Assembly (NCBI GenBank): GCA_024137785.1
Contig: JAHRHZ010000002.1
Location: 15,633,978-15,697,977, forward strand
From: Ginglymostoma cirratum
Taxonomy: Eukaryota
Direction: 5' to 3'
DNA: 64,000 bases
This document shows, one piece after another, positions 58,394-64,000 of this stretch (within the stretch, counting starts at the first letter, position 1; each line of letters begins with the position of its first letter). Made by a program: the position numbers and the translations under genes. Under the pieces are notes generated by a model. The model was given only the letters and a program-made list of their open reading frames with translations, searched no databases and was not told the origin of the DNA.

Positions 58394-61300
58394 NNNNNNN
58401 NNNNNNNNNNNNNNNNNNNNNNNNNNNNNNNNNNNNNNNNNNNNNNNNNNNNNNNNNNNNNNNNNNNNNNNNNNNNNNNNNNNNNNNNNNNNNNNNNNNN
58501 NNNNNNNNNNNNNNNNNNNNNNNNNNNNNNNNNNNNNNNNNNNNNNNNNNNNNNNNNNNNNNNNNNNNNNNNNNNNNNNNATCACAATTGCCAATGTTTC
58601 TCTTTGAAGACGAAATAGCATTGAAATGCAGCAGCAGAACTTGACCAGGGATCGACAACATATCTGTTTAATATCCCTCCCCTGGAGGAGACAATGTCAG
58701 CTGTAATTGAAACACAAGGAAAAAGAACACGGCAGAGGCTGTATCATCTAGAGGTACGTGACAGGACATACCCAGACAGTTTTTCACGTTACTGAATTGG
58801 TGCTAATGTTGTAGCTGTGCTGGAACAGCTAGGATAGAGATAGGATAGAGGCACAGGTAATATGGGAGCATAAGTCTTCAGTGTTTCAGGAGGTTGTCAG
58901 GCCTCCATCGCCTTTGCTGCATCTGGTAGCATCAGCTGTATTTTGATGTTACATGGGGTAAACTAAATTGGCAGCAGACTGACAGCTATGATGTTGGGGA
59001 CTTCAGGAGGTGGCTGAGATGGATAATTCACTTCTGGTTGTTGAAGATGTTTGCAAATGCTTCAGACTTGTCTCATGGCGAATGGGGGTATTTGTACAGC
59101 CTTGTCCTCCTCCCATTGTCTGCTAATTGGCCATCACCATTCATGGCCAGAAGGGGCAGAACTGAAGAGGGATGATCTGATCTAATGGTTCATTTGATTG
59201 CTCAGCTCTGTATTTGCATCATGTTGGTCCATCTGCTCAGCTTACAGGAGCTTATAGCTTCAGGAGGCCAACAACTCAACTTTAGAATGTGTCTGGTGGT
59301 ACACTGCTCACATCTCCTGGCTGATCATAATGGGGGGCATATGTCACTAGATTAGAATCCATCCCATTTAGCGCAGCAGTAATACTTTACAACATTATTC
59401 TCAGTGCGAAAGCAGACATCTGTTCTTCCACCTGCATTGTGTGGTGGTCATTCCCACTGCTCCTAGTGTGAGCTGCCCAATCAAAAACAGCCTGATTGCT
59501 GAGTGTGAGCATTTTGTTGGCTCACATCGGTTTTCTCACTGCCTACCGTAAATCCATGCTGAGATTGGGTGGTCTTGGTGAGCTTATCATGGCACAAGTC
59601 CTCACACTGCCCTCTCCTCCTCACTAACTGGTGATACCAGGCAGACACAGGGCTGGGCTGATGTGGAACCAAGAGTGCCCTGTATAGATATATTGGAACA
59701 TAGGAATTAGGAGCGGGAGTAGGCCATTCAGCCCTTTGAGCCTGCTCCACCAATCAATATGATCATGGCTGATCTTATCCCAGTCTCAACTCCACCCTCC
59801 TGCCCGGTCTGCCATTTTTCATCAGAAACAAATCCATTTCTTTCTTGAATCTGGTGATTGATTCTGCCTCCACTGCACTCCAGGAGTGCCACGGGCCCTC
59901 TGAGAGAGGTACTTACTCCTCATCTCAATGTAATTTTTATTCCGTACTGACTTACTGCGTGGGCCAAATACTATTCAGACTGTGAGTCCTGCTGATGCTG
60001 AACAGGCATAGCTGTGGCTGATGGACTTTGGGAGGCCTCACACACCTGCAGAGTTCCAGTTCCCACTGCAGCACCACCCCTCCTCCACAGTCCCCCTCCC
60101 CCCCCAACTACTATGATATCATGGTGACAGCATCCCTGCCTCTAGATGAGAAAGGTCTTGTTTGAGTCCCATCTGTCCCATGACTAAGTCATAGCACATC
60201 CCCAATGGGTTGAATCAAAATATTTCAGACTGCTCCCCACCCCTGCACCCTGTCGCTCTCTGTGTGAACCGAATACTGCTTTCTCTGAGAGCCCTGGGGC
60301 TACCCAGGCTAGTGAGGAGCCTCACTCACTGGTATGGGTAAGGTTACCCAGCTCGCTCTCTCTCATTCTGTGAATCAACGCCTACTCTCAAATTTCCACA
60401 GGAAAATGGGAAACCATTTAAAGGAAAGGATAATTACAGGTAGAAGAAGAGAAAGCATCATTTCAGGACTTGACATTGGGAGTGAAAAACTAAACATCAT
60501 CCCAGAAGCAGCCAACTGGTGTCAAACGGACAATCATCAGTCTCTGGGTGTGCGAATGAAATGAGGATGAAAGTTTCTCTTCCTCAAACTGATTTCTCGG
60601 TGAGCTTGAGACTGAAGTGATACAACCCCACACCGCTGATGATGGACGGAACTACACAAAAAGAGGTTTAATAACTTCATGGAATTTATAAAAGAGATTG
60701 AAATGATTGAGGCAGAACAATTATTCAAGCTTGAAATTTTTCATCCCCAAGGTGGGTACACACAGTTCCCACTGTGATAATGAGAGGTTGCGAAAGCAGT
60801 CAAGCAGGACTTATCGTATATAATGATGACCTGGGCTTGCATCAGCACAGACCAAATTTTATCAAAGCAGAAGCAAATTAAGTTGATTTTTGCATTTAAA
60901 AAAACAGGAGATTGAATTAACTTGGCACCTTGACAGTTCCACAGACTTTAGCTGCTTTGCAGGCCCTTTCCTCTTATTGTGAGGAATGCTGCTGAGAATA
61001 TGGGTTCCTTGTGCACTCAGCACCTGTGGGCTTCTCCCATGTATGAATCAAATCCTGCTCCCTTCCCCCCGCCTCGATCCAACCAGCAAAAATAGGATTT
61101 GTTGACAAAGAGACTTCACTTCTTGATCCAGGGTCCTATCACTATTTGGGCTAAGGCGTGGACTCTCCATGACTCTGAGGAAACCCAGCCTTGTTTTAAA
61201 AGTCATGAATGTGGCACTGTCCAGAACCTGCTGCCCCTCCAGCACGTCATCCTGCTACTGCGATGGATGGCTTTTGTTGGGTAAGGGAGTTAAGGGTTAT

Positions 61301-64000
61301 GGCACCAATGGTAGTTTGCAGGGTGAGGAGGGTAAGATGAGTTAAGAACAGGCGTGATTTGGCCAAATGGCAGTAGAAGAGGCTGGACGTGAACTGCCCA
61401 CCCTGTAACTTCATGCCTTCCGTGCCACTTCATTGATGAAGGGTCATGGAGTTGAAATATTATGTCTGATTCCCCTTTCACTTAGATAGTGTCAGACATA
61501 GTGAGTGTTTGCAGAATTTTGCTCTCAGTGTCTGGGATGTATCAGAAAGGTCAAGGGTTTGGAAGGAGCTTTGTCTTAACCTTCCTTGAGTTCCAGCACT
61601 GAGTTCAAGTATATGGTTGTGGAGCAGACTAGAAAGGTAGCCTAGACCGTAACTTTTTCCTTTTTTCAAGGTAAACGTGAGGTGCCTCCTTAATAGGACA
61701 TGGTCTGCCTCAGGGTGGTGCCTCCTTCCGACAATCTGACTGATCCAATCGGGTATTCAATTTGGATACCCTCACACCCACATCAGGGGCCTCATTCTCT
61801 CTCATCAACGCTGATGAGGAAAAGGTGTCCAACCTGATTTTGCACATAAGTTGCTCTTAATGGAAAGGTGGAACAACAAACCTCGTAAATCTCTTTCAAA
61901 TAAATGGGCTGCCTGAATTGATGTTAAGAAAATGCTTGCAAAAGCCCGTTTACACTTCCAAAGTTCTTAAGATGAGTTTCCTTTTCTATCTCTGGAAGAG
62001 TATGGAACTTATTAAGGGGTCAAATTCTCCCTGTTCACTGACAGTTCTGAGAATTAAGCTTTACCCTTCCCCTTTCTTACTCTTGACTTCTGAATTCCTC
62101 AACCAGATATGACACAGGAACCCATCACAATGCCCACTATGGTACTTCAGGTGGTGCTATTCCCACAATCCCCCGGAAGGAATAATTTCTCTCTTTGAAC
62201 TGGGCTGAAACTACTGGTTGCTTCACAACACACAACTTTCCAAAATCTCCAACCTGAGATTCAGTTTCGCTAATTGCAATTTCTGGAAGAATGTTACTCG
62301 AGGTGGGCAGTGACTACACAAGGGAAATCCTCCAAACCTGTCTGCCTTTAGACATTCTCTGGTACCCACCTTCCCTCTCTCTCCCCAAGTTTCATTGTCT
62401 CCATCCCTCTTTCTCTCTCTCTTTCTCCCTCTCCCCCATGTGTGTTGGTGAAGCTGCACGCAGATAGAGAGAGAGGACAGACAGACAGATAGAAACCCAC
62501 AGTCAAAATCACAGCAAAATTAATTCAAATTGAAATTTGAATTCTTTAAACTCTTAAATGTATTGTTCTATCTATAATACGGGCATTATTCAGAAAACCT
62601 ATCTGTACATAGTGTGACAGGAGCCAGATATTCTGTTCCATTGGTCTTGGTCAAGGGTTAGTTTATTGCTCTGGAGACTTCACAGAGACAAATTCCTGCT
62701 CTGTGGCAAATTCAAAACGCTTTCCGCTTTTACTTTAATCTGTTCACCCTCTCTTGTAGCTTATTTCTCTCATTCAAATTTAATCATGTGCAATGAAAGC
62801 GTTCTGTTTCTCCAGTTTGAAGTACTAAACCCCAATCTAAATCTGTCATACTGTCCGACAGACGGAGCAGATTCATTCTCTTTTCAAAGTGCGGTTGCCC
62901 ATGCAGTGCAAGAAAACGTGGGCAATTAATACACAGCAAGATCCCACTATCATTCCCATCTCATTCTCCTGCAAGTGCTCAATTCGAACTTTTTAAAGAT
63001 AGAGTGAGGACGTTGATTTCTCTGGATTGTTCCAACGAACAATCGTTTGGGGTTTGTGGTGAGAAGGGCACCTGTCAACAGATGTTTTATGCCCTGGTCT
63101 CCCATTGCCCCCGCTCCACTGCGTTTGAAATGGCTGCAGTGGTGGAAAGTCCTTTGAAAACCACTTTTCAGGAACAAGCCTTTGCAAAGACATTGGGGGA
63201 AGTGACATGCTGTTTTTTTTTTTTTGCCCAGGCTCATCCCAAGCAATTACTTGATGCAAAACTCAGTGCTTTGCGAACTGTTCCGCGGGATGTTCGTTTG
63301 GTCTGTCCTAAACTTGCTCGTCTTCCAGCATAAAGCGTGGTCCTTGATCAAGGCTTGTAAGGCTAGCATATTCCAAGATCCAGGAGCTGAGGGACGCACT
63401 ATGCATTGCATCAACTGCCGATAAGGCTCAGTGGGAAAAGTCCACTTTTCTGCCTGTCATAACCTACCTAGAGACTGTTAACTTACAGAACCCTCCGGTT
63501 GTGTATTGGGATGCACATAGTCATGTTGACATTTAGTAAATGTTCCAATGTGGCACTTGGATGGGTGGTCGGAGGTACCTAACAGTGTGTTCACTAGCGC
63601 TGCCTATCAACTTGGTCTGAATTAATACTATCCACACAGTCTCTGGCCAGTTCATCCCGTTAGCCAATTTCTCAAAGGAAGTGCAAGAGGCTTTTATGTC
63701 ATTTTCATTGCATTTTGGTAATGTTTTGACATATTTATAAAAATCCGTTCCAGGCCTTCGGGTATGATGGGTTTGCTCATCATCACTATCCTCCTCACTA
63801 AGCCTACCTTCTACCTTCTACCTTCATCTCCATCCTTTTAAGTTGACTAACCTGTCCAATTGTCACCTTCTGAAGTTCAAACCCTCTTTCTTCTCTCTCC
63901 TTTCTTCTGTCTCTTTCTCTTTTTGTCTTTCCTCTGCGTGTAATTGTAATTCAAACTGTTGCGGTTCCCTTTCCTTTTCTTCTGTCACTCCAATATTCAA

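Noticed and set aside
57200-64000. Search for a third gene upstream of gene B
   Set aside because: Only decayed repeats and isolated splice-like signals were found; no phase-consistent exon set or recognisable domain.

Overview
Repeat-rich vertebrate genomic DNA, most likely from a shark or other cartilaginous fish (inferred from HE1/V-SINE-like SINEs, HER1/CR1-like LINEs and Penelope elements). It contains four assembly gaps. Most ORFs in the supplied track are spurious or transposon-derived. Manual exon assembly from GT-AG sites and reading-frame phase recovers two head-to-tail immunoglobulin-superfamily genes on the minus strand. Gene A (28988->449, 10 coding exons, about 417 aa) encodes a signal peptide, a Cys-less CD2/SLAM/CEACAM-type V domain, a C2 domain, five predicted transmembrane helices (one per exon) and a short tail. 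That is a CD47-like multi-pass architecture on a CD2/HEPACAM-like ectodomain, with two spare cysteines placed for a possible Ig-to-loop disulfide. Gene B (51884->32088, 5 coding exons, about 247 aa) encodes a signal peptide, one V domain, a short transmembrane segment preceded by Arg, and a tail whose ITIM-like and ITSM-like motifs both lack their tyrosine (VTFSEM, TEHARI). Introns and intergenic DNA hold Penelope-like elements with minimal hammerhead-ribozyme motifs, short hairpin derivatives with 10-16 bp target-site duplications, CR1/RTE LINE fragments, SINEs, a probable solo LTR, a minisatellite and a CA repeat. Gene models are manual predictions with no expression or database support, and repeat boundaries are approximate.
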